Virus record (IMG/VR): IMGVR_UViG_2923682817_000001
Span: 1-64,000 of that record
Length of the DNA: 64,000 bases
DNA from: a virus
Lineage: Duplodnaviria; Caudoviricetes
Strand: one strand, 5' to 3'
Part shown: in pieces, positions 36,975 through 45,663 of the stretch
Layout: each line of letters begins with the position of its first letter
How positions within the stretch are numbered: the first letter of the stretch is position 1
Made by a program: the position numbers and the translations under genes
The notes under the pieces: generated by a model
Told to the model about the DNA's origin: nothing
The model's database searches: none
The model's input: the letters and a program-made list of their open reading frames with translations, nothing else

Positions 36975-37193
36975 ATGTCTGCCAGAGAAGCCGAGGTTAC
37001 TGTTGAGGTCGTCCCGGGAGACCACCCGTCCGTCCCCCCTCACAAGCGCGGAACCGACGCGCAGATCTGGCTCGTCATCGTCGGCAATGAGGGGCTGCTG
37101 GCCTTCAACAAGGCCGAATGGACGGCCTTCATCGGCGGCGTCAAGGACGGCGAGTTCGACATCGAAGACGCTGACGAGCTGACGACCGTCTAA
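36975..37193 (+). CDS. Divergent DUF397-like protein lacking the WRKSS/Cys motif
   Basis: Keeps VEV and LAF..AEWTAFIGGVKDGEFD only. Confidence 0.75.
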   Translation: MSAREAEVTVEVVPGDHPSVPPHKRGTDAQIWLVIVGNEGLLAFNKAEWTAFIGGVKDGEFDIEDADELTTV

Positions 37194-37236
37194 CCGCACA
37201 CGTCCGTACACAACCCCATCAGTGAGGAGCAAGACC

Positions 37237-37437
37237 ATGGATCTGACCGGTGCGAAGTGGCGCAAGAGCAGCCGCAGCAACGGCAACGGCGGCGAGTGCG
37301 TCGAAGTGGCCGACAACCTCCCCGGCGTCGTCGGCGTGCGTGACTCCACGGACCCGAGCGGGCCGGCCCTGGCCGTCAGCCGCCCGTCCTGGGGCGCCTT
37401 CATCCGCGCCGCGAAGTCGGGCATGTACGACGCCTGA
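37237..37437 (+). CDS. DUF397 protein
   Basis: WRKSSRSNGNGGECVEVA...VRDS.DP.GP.L. Confidence 0.93.
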   Translation: MDLTGAKWRKSSRSNGNGGECVEVADNLPGVVGVRDSTDPSGPALAVSRPSWGAFIRAAKSGMYDA

Positions 37438-37502
37438 TGACCGATAAGCGGAGACCCTCCCCGATGAAGGCGGGGAGGGTCTCACAGAGCGAGGATACCC
37501 AC

Positions 37503-37700
37503 ATGCACAAGTACGCTGGCGCCCTCTGGCGCAAGAGCCGGCGCAGCACCAACGGCGGAGACTGCGTCGAAGTGGCGGTCGTTCCCGACGCCGTCGGCCT
37601 CCGGGACTCCACGGACCCGCACGGACCTGTGCTGGACCTCACCCGGGAGCAGTGGCACCGCTTCGCCCGTTCCGTGAAGGCCGGCGAGCACGACGTCTGA
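37503..37700 (+). CDS. DUF397 protein
   Basis: WRKSRRSTNGGDCVEVA...LRDS.DP.GPVL. Confidence 0.92.
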   Translation: MHKYAGALWRKSRRSTNGGDCVEVAVVPDAVGLRDSTDPHGPVLDLTREQWHRFARSVKAGEHDV

Positions 37701-37763
37701 CCCCGTCTTAAAAGCGGGAGACCCCGAGCGAGTGGAATTCCACTCGCTCGGGGTCTTTTGTTC

Positions 37764-38480
37764 CTACAGTCTCTCCCCGTTCTCCAGCATGCGCCAGACC
37801 GCCTCCAGCTCGGCCGGCGTCTTGGTCGACAGCTCGATCAGCTGGTCAGCATCACGCAGCCGCTGCCAGAGCGGATACGACCGCCGAGCCAGGACCAGGC
37901 GCGGCCTACCCTCATGCCGGCCCATCTCCAGCAGCCACCCGTCCTCACCAACCGGCCGCTCGGCGGCCAGGTAGTAGTACTGAGAGACGGAGTTCCAACC
38001 GACGGTCGCGTCCCAACCGTTCTTCACCACGACCCGCGCCACGGCAGAGACCTCGCCCCACCAGTCCGCGGACACATCGCCCGAGGGAGCCGTCCCCTCC
38101 TCCCCGCGGACCAGCGGCGTGCACCGGCCGTCCTCGTCGATCTCCCACAGCCCCGGGCCGGGAAGGAAGTACTGCCGGTTGTCGGCGGAGAAGGCAACGA
38201 CCAAGCCGAGCTCGTCCTTGATTGCCTGACGGGCCGCGGCCGGCGACGGGATGTGCTGACGCACCCGGGCGATCACCGCTACGCCGAAGTTTCGGATGTC
38301 GCTAAGTTCTTTGTCAGTCAGCTTGGCCGCCTCGGCCACGGTCAGTGCGCCGGCGCCGGCGACCAGCCCGCTAGTCGCCCGATGGCCGATGTTGTCGTGG
38401 CCGAGCAAGTCAGCGAGCTCGCGCGCCACATCCGCTCGGCAGCTGAGGCTCAAGCAACGGGTAACCGTGGTCTCGCTCAC
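37764..38480 (-). CDS. RNA polymerase alpha-CTD-like domain fused to domain X
   Basis: LTDKELSDIRNFG; C-terminus similar to the N-terminus of 38477-39025. Confidence 0.65.
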   Translation of the reverse strand: MSETTVTRCLSLSCRADVARELADLLGHDNIGHRATSGLVAGAGALTVAEAAKLTDKELSDIRNFGVAVIARVRQHIPSPAAARQAIKDELGLVVAFSADNRQYFLPGPGLWEIDEDGRCTPLVRGEEGTAPSGDVSADWWGEVSAVARVVVKNGWDATVGWNSVSQYYYLAAERPVGEDGWLLEMGRHEGRPRLVLARRSYPLWQRLRDADQLIELSTKTPAELEAVWRMLENGERL

Positions 38481-39025
38481 TCGCCTGCCTCCAGGTCCAG
38501 GCGCTTCGTGTAGTCCTCGATCGCCGCGTCCAGCTCGTTGCCGGCCAGCTCGACTGAGCCGTCCGGGCCAATCACTGACCGAGGGGTCAAGGTCCCGCTG
38601 TCCAGGCCGGCCCACAGCCGCCCCAGTGCCTCGGCGCGCGTGGCGAAGTCGTCTTCGGTCTCCACTTTGTGGTGTCGGAAGTAGGTGACCGACCACGGCC
38701 CCTTGGCCCTACCCGTCTCGACGACCGCGGCCCCGAGCTTCACCCTCTTCTCCCAGATCTGGGCCAGCCGGTCGGAGTCCTTGCCGGCTAGCCGGATCAT
38801 GTCGTAGGTGCCGGTCGCCTTGATGTACCGGCCGCCGGCCAGGTCGACCAGCCGTTCCTCTACCACCGGGACGTCGTCAACCAGCTCCAGCGCCCAGTTC
38901 CCGCGCTCGCCGCGCAGGTAGCACTTGGACCGGTTGCCCGTGATGGTGACGTCCCAACCGTGCTTGACCAGGGCGTCCGCGATCGGGAAGATGCCCGCCC
39001 ACTCGCTCGTCTCGAAGTCGCTCAC
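38477..39025 (-). CDS. Hypothetical protein (domain X)
   Basis: W..I..IA..LVKHGWD.TI...YL.GER..W.LEL shared with the downstream gene. Confidence 0.7.
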   Translation of the reverse strand: MSDFETSEWAGIFPIADALVKHGWDVTITGNRSKCYLRGERGNWALELVDDVPVVEERLVDLAGGRYIKATGTYDMIRLAGKDSDRLAQIWEKRVKLGAAVVETGRAKGPWSVTYFRHHKVETEDDFATRAEALGRLWAGLDSGTLTPRSVIGPDGSVELAGNELDAAIEDYTKRLDLEAGE

Positions 39026-39744
39026 AGCAGGTCCCCGTCCGTCTCGAAGGTCTCGACGACAAGGCGCGTGCTACCAACGCAGGCACCCATGCCGTCACCC
39101 GACATGTAGACGGCGTCGTCCGGCAGCAGCTCGGCGAAGTGGCGCTCACCGAGCTGTTCGACAGAGCAGTCAGCCATCTGCCGCACTTCCAGGCCCGGCC
39201 AGTTCTTGGAGAAGTACGTCCAGAGCATCTCCCGCAGCCGCGCGGGCGACGACGCGACACCGACCGGCGACAAGATCTCAGGGCCAACGCACCAGCCCTC
39301 GGTCTGCATGATCACGTAAGACTTGCCTGGCTCGCCAGTATGGAGGGCGCTATTGACCGGCTCCTGCTCCCAGGCCCTGATGTCAGAGGATCCCGCCTCG
39401 GCCATGCGCCGCACGAGGTCCAGAGAGTACGTGGCGAGGCGGGGCCGGTCGTCCTTGACGAAGTCGGCGTGCTTCGGCTCCTGCTCAACGACCTCGACCG
39501 GCGGGTAGGTCCTGTGGCCGATCGCGATACGGATCCTCGCCAGATTGTGGGGTCCGAACAGCTTCAGGTCGACCAGCTCGCCGTTGCTGAGGTTGGCCAG
39601 CCGCTGCAGCGTCGTGATCTTTTCGCGAACCAGCTTGTTGAGAATCGTGTGGCCCAGACGGTCGTGTCCGAGGGCCTCGCCGAGCTCAGGAGCCCTCTCG
39701 TACAGGCAGGCCCCGTTAGGGCAGGGGGTGTCGGTGCTGATCAC
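39022..39744 (-). CDS. RNA polymerase alpha-CTD-like domain fused to domain Y
   Basis: NKLVREKITTLQRLANLSNGELVDLKLFG; C-terminus similar to 39741-40280. Confidence 0.7.
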   Translation of the reverse strand: MISTDTPCPNGACLYERAPELGEALGHDRLGHTILNKLVREKITTLQRLANLSNGELVDLKLFGPHNLARIRIAIGHRTYPPVEVVEQEPKHADFVKDDRPRLATYSLDLVRRMAEAGSSDIRAWEQEPVNSALHTGEPGKSYVIMQTEGWCVGPEILSPVGVASSPARLREMLWTYFSKNWPGLEVRQMADCSVEQLGERHFAELLPDDAVYMSGDGMGACVGSTRLVVETFETDGDLL

Positions 39745-40280
39745 TGCAGCTCCCCGTCCATCTCGTAGCCGATGATGTGGAAGGCGCTGTAGCCGACGAA
39801 GGCCGCCATGCCGTCGGCCGACAGGGTGATGACGTCGATGGGACGCCGGCCCTTGAGGTGCTGGGCGTGCAGCTCCTGCTCCTTGTCCGCGGTCTGCACG
39901 ATGGTCTTGCCCGGGTACTCGCGCAGGAGGTACTCGCCGAGCCGCTCCTTGGCCTTCTGCCGGGAGCTGGCGACGCCGATCACGTAGTCCCTGAGCGACT
40001 CGTCGGAGTCAGGACTGCTCTCGCCGAAGACGATGACGTAGGCCTTCGTGGAGTCGTCGATCTCCTGCTCGATCCCGTACTCAGCCACGAGCCGCTGCGT
40101 GTAGACGCTCTGCCTTGCGAGCACGTCGGGGTTGGCGCGCAGGTACTCGACGACCTGCCGGTAGGCGACCTGGTCCCGGGAGCTCGTCGTGGAGGCCGGC
40201 GGGTTGTAGAGCAGGACGGGGACGTCGGCGCACGGGTTGCTGGAGTAGGTGGGGGGATCGTTGTTCTCGGTGGATCTCAT
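39741..40280 (-). CDS. Hypothetical protein (domain Y)
   Basis: K.YVI...GVASS...Q.AD...S.DGM.A.VG shared with the downstream gene; start set at ATG 40280. Confidence 0.65.
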   Translation of the reverse strand: MRSTENNDPPTYSSNPCADVPVLLYNPPASTTSSRDQVAYRQVVEYLRANPDVLARQSVYTQRLVAEYGIEQEIDDSTKAYVIVFGESSPDSDESLRDYVIGVASSRQKAKERLGEYLLREYPGKTIVQTADKEQELHAQHLKGRRPIDVITLSADGMAAFVGYSAFHIIGYEMDGELQ

Positions 40281-40299
40281 GGGGCCATTATTCCGTGTC

Positions 40300-41500
40300 C
40301 CAGCGCCCCAGGCACCCATTTTCGGACGTTTTTTCTCGTATTTTCGTGCTTGTCGACTCCCCCGTCGGTGACTTGCTGCGTCAGGCCACTGTGCGCCTTT
40401 TTCGAGCATTTTTCCCATATTTTTTATGGTCTGACCTGCAGTGCTAGCAGCCTTGCTCGCGAGCCCGGGAACACTGAATGTCCATGCATGGCGGCTTAGG
40501 CCACTGTTATGTAAATATCCCTGTCAGCTACCTGATTTACCAGGCCGGCGACCTCCGGGCAAGATCATTTAAGGGTGGGGGGTCTCGCCATTTGTCAAGC
40601 CCCTGGGGGAAGTTGCACGAAACCTACAACATGCACACAAAGTTACACTGTGACACGCTGTGTAATACGGACAAGGTAGACATACCTCTTGCCGTGCGGA
40701 ACGTGCCCATTTTGTGCCCCCGCAAGCCTGTGACCTGCGCATATACCCCAATGCCTGAGAACTAAGAGTTGTGGGGCGCAATGTGCCCGACCCCCTGACC
40801 TGCGCATATACAGGGGCGCCCAGAGGGCCAGACGGCACGCATTGGCGCTCACGCACGGCGACGAGGCGGCGCACCTGTTGTCACTTGTCGCCAGCGCCCT
40901 TGACTTTTTGAGGCCACTGCTATATAGGGCCGGCCGCGCGTCTGGCCCCACGCCCCGGAAATGAACATGATGACCATATCGCCTACCCACTGCATACTCA
41001 TGCGCTGCCCTGCATGTCTTACCCCTGCTTGCATGTGCAAGCGTGCTGCAAGCGCCCATGAATACCAATCACAAAATAAAATACCGCAGATAAATACACG
41101 GTAACGACGCGCTATTTATTGAGACCATGCCGCACGGCGCCCGGCGCCCACTGGCGCCCACGCTGACCACGGCGCACCGACCACGCTACCCGGGGGAATG
41201 GGTGGCTGTATCCCTATGTATCTGTAGGGCTCTCAGAGCCACCGAGCGGGCCGATTTTGTGGACAGGTACAGACAGGTATGCCCAGCCTTGATACGCTCC
41301 CCCACAGCGCAGACAGACAAGCGGCGGTTCCCCAGGGTCGGGGATCGTGTGGCCCTGTCTGCGTACGTCGGGCAGTAGTGCGCGCATGCTGCCTGGCGGT
41401 CGGTGCTCTCGTATGGCCGATACCCGAGGGCGCCGATTTTCGCCCGCAACACGAAGGAGCCCCCCGGCACTACGGCCGGGGGGCTCAGGTGGTTCTGTGG
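40300..41500. other. Large non-coding region
   Basis: Lower GC, phased T tracts, TGACCTGCGCATATAC at 40731 and 40797, no credible ORF. Confidence 0.6.
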
Positions 41501-41505
41501 GCTGG

Positions 41506-42075
41506 CTACAGGTGGGGATACCGCATGTTGACGACCAGGGCGCCGCGCGGCATACCGTGGGCGGCTGCAACGTCCTCGGCCGCCGCGGAGATGCTGTATC
41601 GCTGCGGGAGGTGGGGCATCCCGGGGCGGCTACGCGCGGCCCAGGTCCCGCCGGTAACGGTGTTGTTGCTCCACAGCGTGCCGCCGGTCTGGTGGATCAC
41701 GGCGTGAAAGCCGTTCGGACCGTGCACCGCGGCGCGGCGTCCCTGGTATCGCTTGGTCATGGTGACAGTGAGCGTGATCATGGTGGCCGGTTCTTGGACC
41801 GGTGCCCACTGGACATGGTGGTGGTACATCTCGCTTGTCACCTGCGCGCCGTTCTCATACCGGGCGCCCAGGACGTAGCGGCCGGTGTTCTCGCCCCCAT
41901 ACATCCGGTCACGCTCGGCCTGGCGGACGCGGGTCTCAGCAACGCCCATGGCGGCCAGTGCTTCGAGCAACTCGGCGCGGTCGGCCACGTGGGTCACGTT
42001 CCAGACGGGCGCGGGCGCGAGCTTGCTCGTGGTGCTGTAGTAGATGTGGACATCGGCGGTGCGGAGCTCGATCAT
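41506..42075 (-). CDS. Early-array hypothetical protein
   Basis: Hairpin and leader B upstream. Confidence 0.7.
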   Translation of the reverse strand: MIELRTADVHIYYSTTSKLAPAPVWNVTHVADRAELLEALAAMGVAETRVRQAERDRMYGGENTGRYVLGARYENGAQVTSEMYHHHVQWAPVQEPATMITLTVTMTKRYQGRRAAVHGPNGFHAVIHQTGGTLWSNNTVTGGTWAARSRPGMPHLPQRYSISAAAEDVAAAHGMPRGALVVNMRYPHL

Positions 42076-42153
42076 GGCTGATTTCCCTTCGGTGCTGTGT
42101 GGTGGTGGGGAGCGGCGCCCGGCGCCGTGGTGGTGACGCCGGGCGGCCGGTGG

Positions 42154-42660
42154 CTAGATCAGGCTGGCGGGCTGAGCGCTCATGCTCACCAACAGGCCGT
42201 GAGTCGACCCGTTGTAGATCTTGCGGATTTCGCTCTGCGCGCTGATCTCACATCGGCCGCACGCCAGCACGTAAAACATGACCTCGGCCCGCATGTCGTA
42301 AGCCGCGTACCAGTCGGTGAGGGTGACCATTCGGACCGTGATTCGCGGGGCGAAACACAACCACGCTTCCAGGCTGGCGGCGTCGACGTCACGACGGCTC
42401 ATGTTGTAGACACGGGCGGCGAGGATCTTTGCAGCCTCAGTGATCACAGAGGGCGCGCAGGTCTCGCCGTTTTCGTCGGTGGCCAGCACCGGCACGACGA
42501 ACCCGGGGAGACGGCCCGCGGCGGTGGGCGCGTGGGCAGCCTCGCCGGGGTAGACGCCGGTCACGGCAACGGCGGCGTAAGACGGGCGGGTCTCGCGGTA
42601 GTAGCTGTGCATGGTGCGGACTGCCAGGGAGAGAACGTCGGGGGCGGTCGTGATGTCCAT
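42154..42660 (-). CDS. Early-array hypothetical protein
   Basis: Hairpin and leader B upstream. Confidence 0.7.
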   Translation of the reverse strand: MDITTAPDVLSLAVRTMHSYYRETRPSYAAVAVTGVYPGEAAHAPTAAGRLPGFVVPVLATDENGETCAPSVITEAAKILAARVYNMSRRDVDAASLEAWLCFAPRITVRMVTLTDWYAAYDMRAEVMFYVLACGRCEISAQSEIRKIYNGSTHGLLVSMSAQPASLI

Positions 42661-42738
42661 GGGGCGGTTTCCCTTCGGTGCTGTGTGATGGGGGGTGGCG
42701 CCCCGGGCGCGGTGGTGGTCACGCCCGGGGCGAGAAGG

Positions 42739-43932
42739 TCAGGCGTCGGCGAAGCTGAAGGAAACGGCGTCGGCCGGGAGGCTCCAGTACTCGGCGAGCA
42801 TCTCGGCGGCGTGCTCGGGCCGGGCCAGGCAAGAGAACCCCTGAGCGTCCGGGCGCAGCTGGCCGTCTTGCTTGAGCAGCTTGCGGCCCGAACCAAGCTG
42901 AGCGATGGCGGACCATCCCGCGGTCTCCCGCCACACAACGCCCGTGCTCATGGGACCGATCACGCGGAACAGGCGGCCGTTGCCCTCCTCGTGCAGGAAC
43001 AGGAGGGTCTTAGGCCCGCCGTCGCTGATGGTGTGGCGCTGGCGCTTGATGTCAGAGAGCAGGGACGCGGCGGCGTCAATGGCGTACTGCTCTACGGTGA
43101 ACCAACGGACCGGGGCGGGGGTGTCGTAGGTGGTGGGAGCGCCGGGGACGCGGCCGTGAACGATGCCGTACCACGTGCAACGGTGGTCGGAGTACGTGAT
43201 CACCCAGATACGCCCGGCGCGCGGGTGCTTGTCGGTGGGGTCAGCCGGGACCACGGTCTCGCCCGTAATCGTCGCGGCCACGTTGCCGCCGGTGAACCCG
43301 GGCGCCTTCGTGTGGATCGTCTCGCCCACGGTGGGGTAAGGGCGCTCTTCCTCGGTGGCCGGGGTCAGGTAGGCCTCAAACCAGGTCAAGATGTCGTCGG
43401 CGGCGTCGTCGACCGGCGCCGATTCCTGCGCGGCCTTAACCCGGGCGACGGTGGCAGCCAGAACCGGGACCATCTCGGCGAGCTCGGCGAGGCGGTCGAC
43501 CGGGGCGGGGGTCTCCTCCCCCTCCCCCTGCTCAATCTCGGCCGGGGTAGTCGCCGGCGACTCCTCAAGGGCGGCTACCTTGCACTCTCGGCAATTGGTG
43601 CTAGTCATGGCCCTACGCTCCACCGTGCCGTCTTTCGAGCCCTCGGTGGTGATCCACGCCGTGATCATGTGGCCGCACTGGTGGGTGATCACGCAGACGT
43701 GAAGATCATTGGCGGCGATGGTCTCGGCGTTGTCGGCGACAAGCTGCGTGTGCTCCCTGGAACCCAGGTGGCCGACCACGTACATGGGCTCCATGAAAGA
43801 CCGCTTCTTTCCCTGCCCGTCTTCGTAGTGGCGACGCACAGAGTGGGTCTTGGTGCTGATCTCGGAGCGCTTGATGCCGAACTGGGCGAGCGTGTCCTTG
43901 ATGCGCTTGGCGTTGGGGCTGAGGTAACCCAT
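42739..43932 (-). CDS. Early-array hypothetical multidomain protein
   Basis: ATG 43932 after leader A. Confidence 0.75.
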   Translation of the reverse strand: MGYLSPNAKRIKDTLAQFGIKRSEISTKTHSVRRHYEDGQGKKRSFMEPMYVVGHLGSREHTQLVADNAETIAANDLHVCVITHQCGHMITAWITTEGSKDGTVERRAMTSTNCRECKVAALEESPATTPAEIEQGEGEETPAPVDRLAELAEMVPVLAATVARVKAAQESAPVDDAADDILTWFEAYLTPATEEERPYPTVGETIHTKAPGFTGGNVAATITGETVVPADPTDKHPRAGRIWVITYSDHRCTWYGIVHGRVPGAPTTYDTPAPVRWFTVEQYAIDAAASLLSDIKRQRHTISDGGPKTLLFLHEEGNGRLFRVIGPMSTGVVWRETAGWSAIAQLGSGRKLLKQDGQLRPDAQGFSCLARPEHAAEMLAEYWSLPADAVSFSFADA

Positions 43933-44072
43933 TTTCGTGCTCCCTTGCGGTTGTTCTTGGTGGACTACTTGGAGCCTAGCACGCATGAGGAATGTACAGC
44001 AACATATTCCTCAAATTGGCCTCTGGGCAGCAGAAAACCCCCGCACCATGCGCGGTACGGGGGTTTGCTGGC
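43933..44072 (-). promoter_or_regulatory. Repeat module: terminator, operator, promoter, leader A
   Basis: Operator 43986-44013; TTGCTG-18-TAGGCT; CCACCAAGAACAACCGCAAGGGAG. Confidence 0.85.
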
Positions 44073-44115
44073 GGCCCTGTAAGGGCCTCAGAGGGCGCTG
44101 TCGGCCAGCAGGGGG

Positions 44116-45516
44116 TCAGACATGCGCGGGGGCGGTACCGGTGGGGCTGAGACGCCACACCGACGCCTGGAAGGGCTCCGCGTACTCGTAAAACGCCTCG
44201 ACCATCGCCGTCTGCGTGACCGGGTCGACGGACAGGACACGGCGCGCAAAGCGGCTGCCCTCAAGAGTGAACGTCTGAGCAGAGGGGACGTTGGGACCGG
44301 TCACCTTGACGGGCGCCGATTCCCGCTCGGTCACCTTGTCACCCCACGGGAAGACTTCGGCCTGAACATCGCTCATGGCGTGGGCGGCAGACTTCCAATC
44401 GGCGTGGTAGCTGCGCACGTCGCGAGTGACGTACGTTTCTCCGGCGGGGTCGACCGGCACCGACGGCCAGAAGACCGCCACAACGAACGGCGTGACGCCG
44501 TGCGAGGGGTCGTAAGTGGATCGCTCGACCACGGCCACGACGCCATCACGGGCGCGTCCCTTGCCCCAGGACACGGCCTTTACGGTGCCCGTGATCGTGT
44601 TGAAGGGCGCGTACACGAGTACGCGCGTGTTGGGCACGGGAACCCCGAGCGTCTCCGGCCCCCTGGTCGTCTTCACGACTTCGCGCGACAGGTCGAAGGC
44701 TGAGACCGTCGTCAGCATCTTGCCCTCCAGGGTGGACACGTTGACCTCGGCATAGACGCCGTGCACATACATCACGCGAACACGCTTGGTTTCGCCGTTT
44801 TCGTCGGTGAGGGTGAACCGTTCGGCGGCGAACAGCTCGGGGGCCAGCTGCCACGCGGACACCGTCTCGGCCCGGCCAGCACCAAATACGGTGATGCTGC
44901 CGTCAGGGTAGGCACACAGCGCGCGAACGGTCTCGGTCTGGCCGTTCTCGGCGGTCAGGGTGAAGCTGTCGGCGGATTCAGTGAGCCAGTTGTGGCGCGC
45001 GTCATCCTCGGGGCGCTCATCCTCAGTCGTGCGCTCAGTCTCGGCCTGCTCAGCCAGGTACTCGGCCGACGGCACCCGCACGTAAGGCTCAGGGCTCAGA
45101 GCGTCGGCGGAAACCGTGGTCTCCAGGCCGTCACAGTAGATGTCGGCGAGCGTGGCCGGGGCTCCGAGTTCGTCCAGCACAACCCGGACACTCCACACGT
45201 CGGCGCTGTCGGTGGTGCCCTCGTCGTTGGTGTAGGTGATGCCATCCATTCCCGCGGCGACGGTGGCCGGGGCGGTTACGGCAATCACAGTAGCGGCCTT
45301 GTCGTTGAGCTCGATCGTGTACGCCTTACCCTCCACATGCTCAATCAGACGCGCGGCCTTGATCTGCTTGAGCATCTCCCAAACCGGTTCCTGCCAAGTA
45401 ACGGGCTGGCCGAGACGGCGGCCGTTCTCGTCGCAGCCAGACACGAAGCCCGTCACGACGGTGCAAGCGGCCTTGATCTCGTCGACCCTCTTGGAGTTGC
45501 GGGCGATGGTTCGCAT
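44116..45516 (-). CDS. Early-array hypothetical multidomain protein
   Basis: ATG 45516 after leader A; three similar beta-rich units (T.T...G.T....V...TVSA..LS). Confidence 0.75.
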   Translation of the reverse strand: MRTIARNSKRVDEIKAACTVVTGFVSGCDENGRRLGQPVTWQEPVWEMLKQIKAARLIEHVEGKAYTIELNDKAATVIAVTAPATVAAGMDGITYTNDEGTTDSADVWSVRVVLDELGAPATLADIYCDGLETTVSADALSPEPYVRVPSAEYLAEQAETERTTEDERPEDDARHNWLTESADSFTLTAENGQTETVRALCAYPDGSITVFGAGRAETVSAWQLAPELFAAERFTLTDENGETKRVRVMYVHGVYAEVNVSTLEGKMLTTVSAFDLSREVVKTTRGPETLGVPVPNTRVLVYAPFNTITGTVKAVSWGKGRARDGVVAVVERSTYDPSHGVTPFVVAVFWPSVPVDPAGETYVTRDVRSYHADWKSAAHAMSDVQAEVFPWGDKVTERESAPVKVTGPNVPSAQTFTLEGSRFARRVLSVDPVTQTAMVEAFYEYAEPFQASVWRLSPTGTAPAHV

Positions 45517-45657
45517 TTTCGTGCTCCCTTGCGGTTGTTCTTGGTGGACTACGTGGAGCCTAACACGTCTAAGGAATCTACGTAAACACATTCCTCAGAT
45601 AGGGCTGTGAGCAGCAGCGAACCCCCACCCCATGCGCGTTGCAGGGGTTCGCTGGCA
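45517..45657 (-). promoter_or_regulatory. Repeat module: terminator, operator, promoter, leader A
   Basis: Operator 45570-45597; TTTACG-18-TAGGCT. Confidence 0.85.
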
Positions 45658-45663
45658 GGGCGG

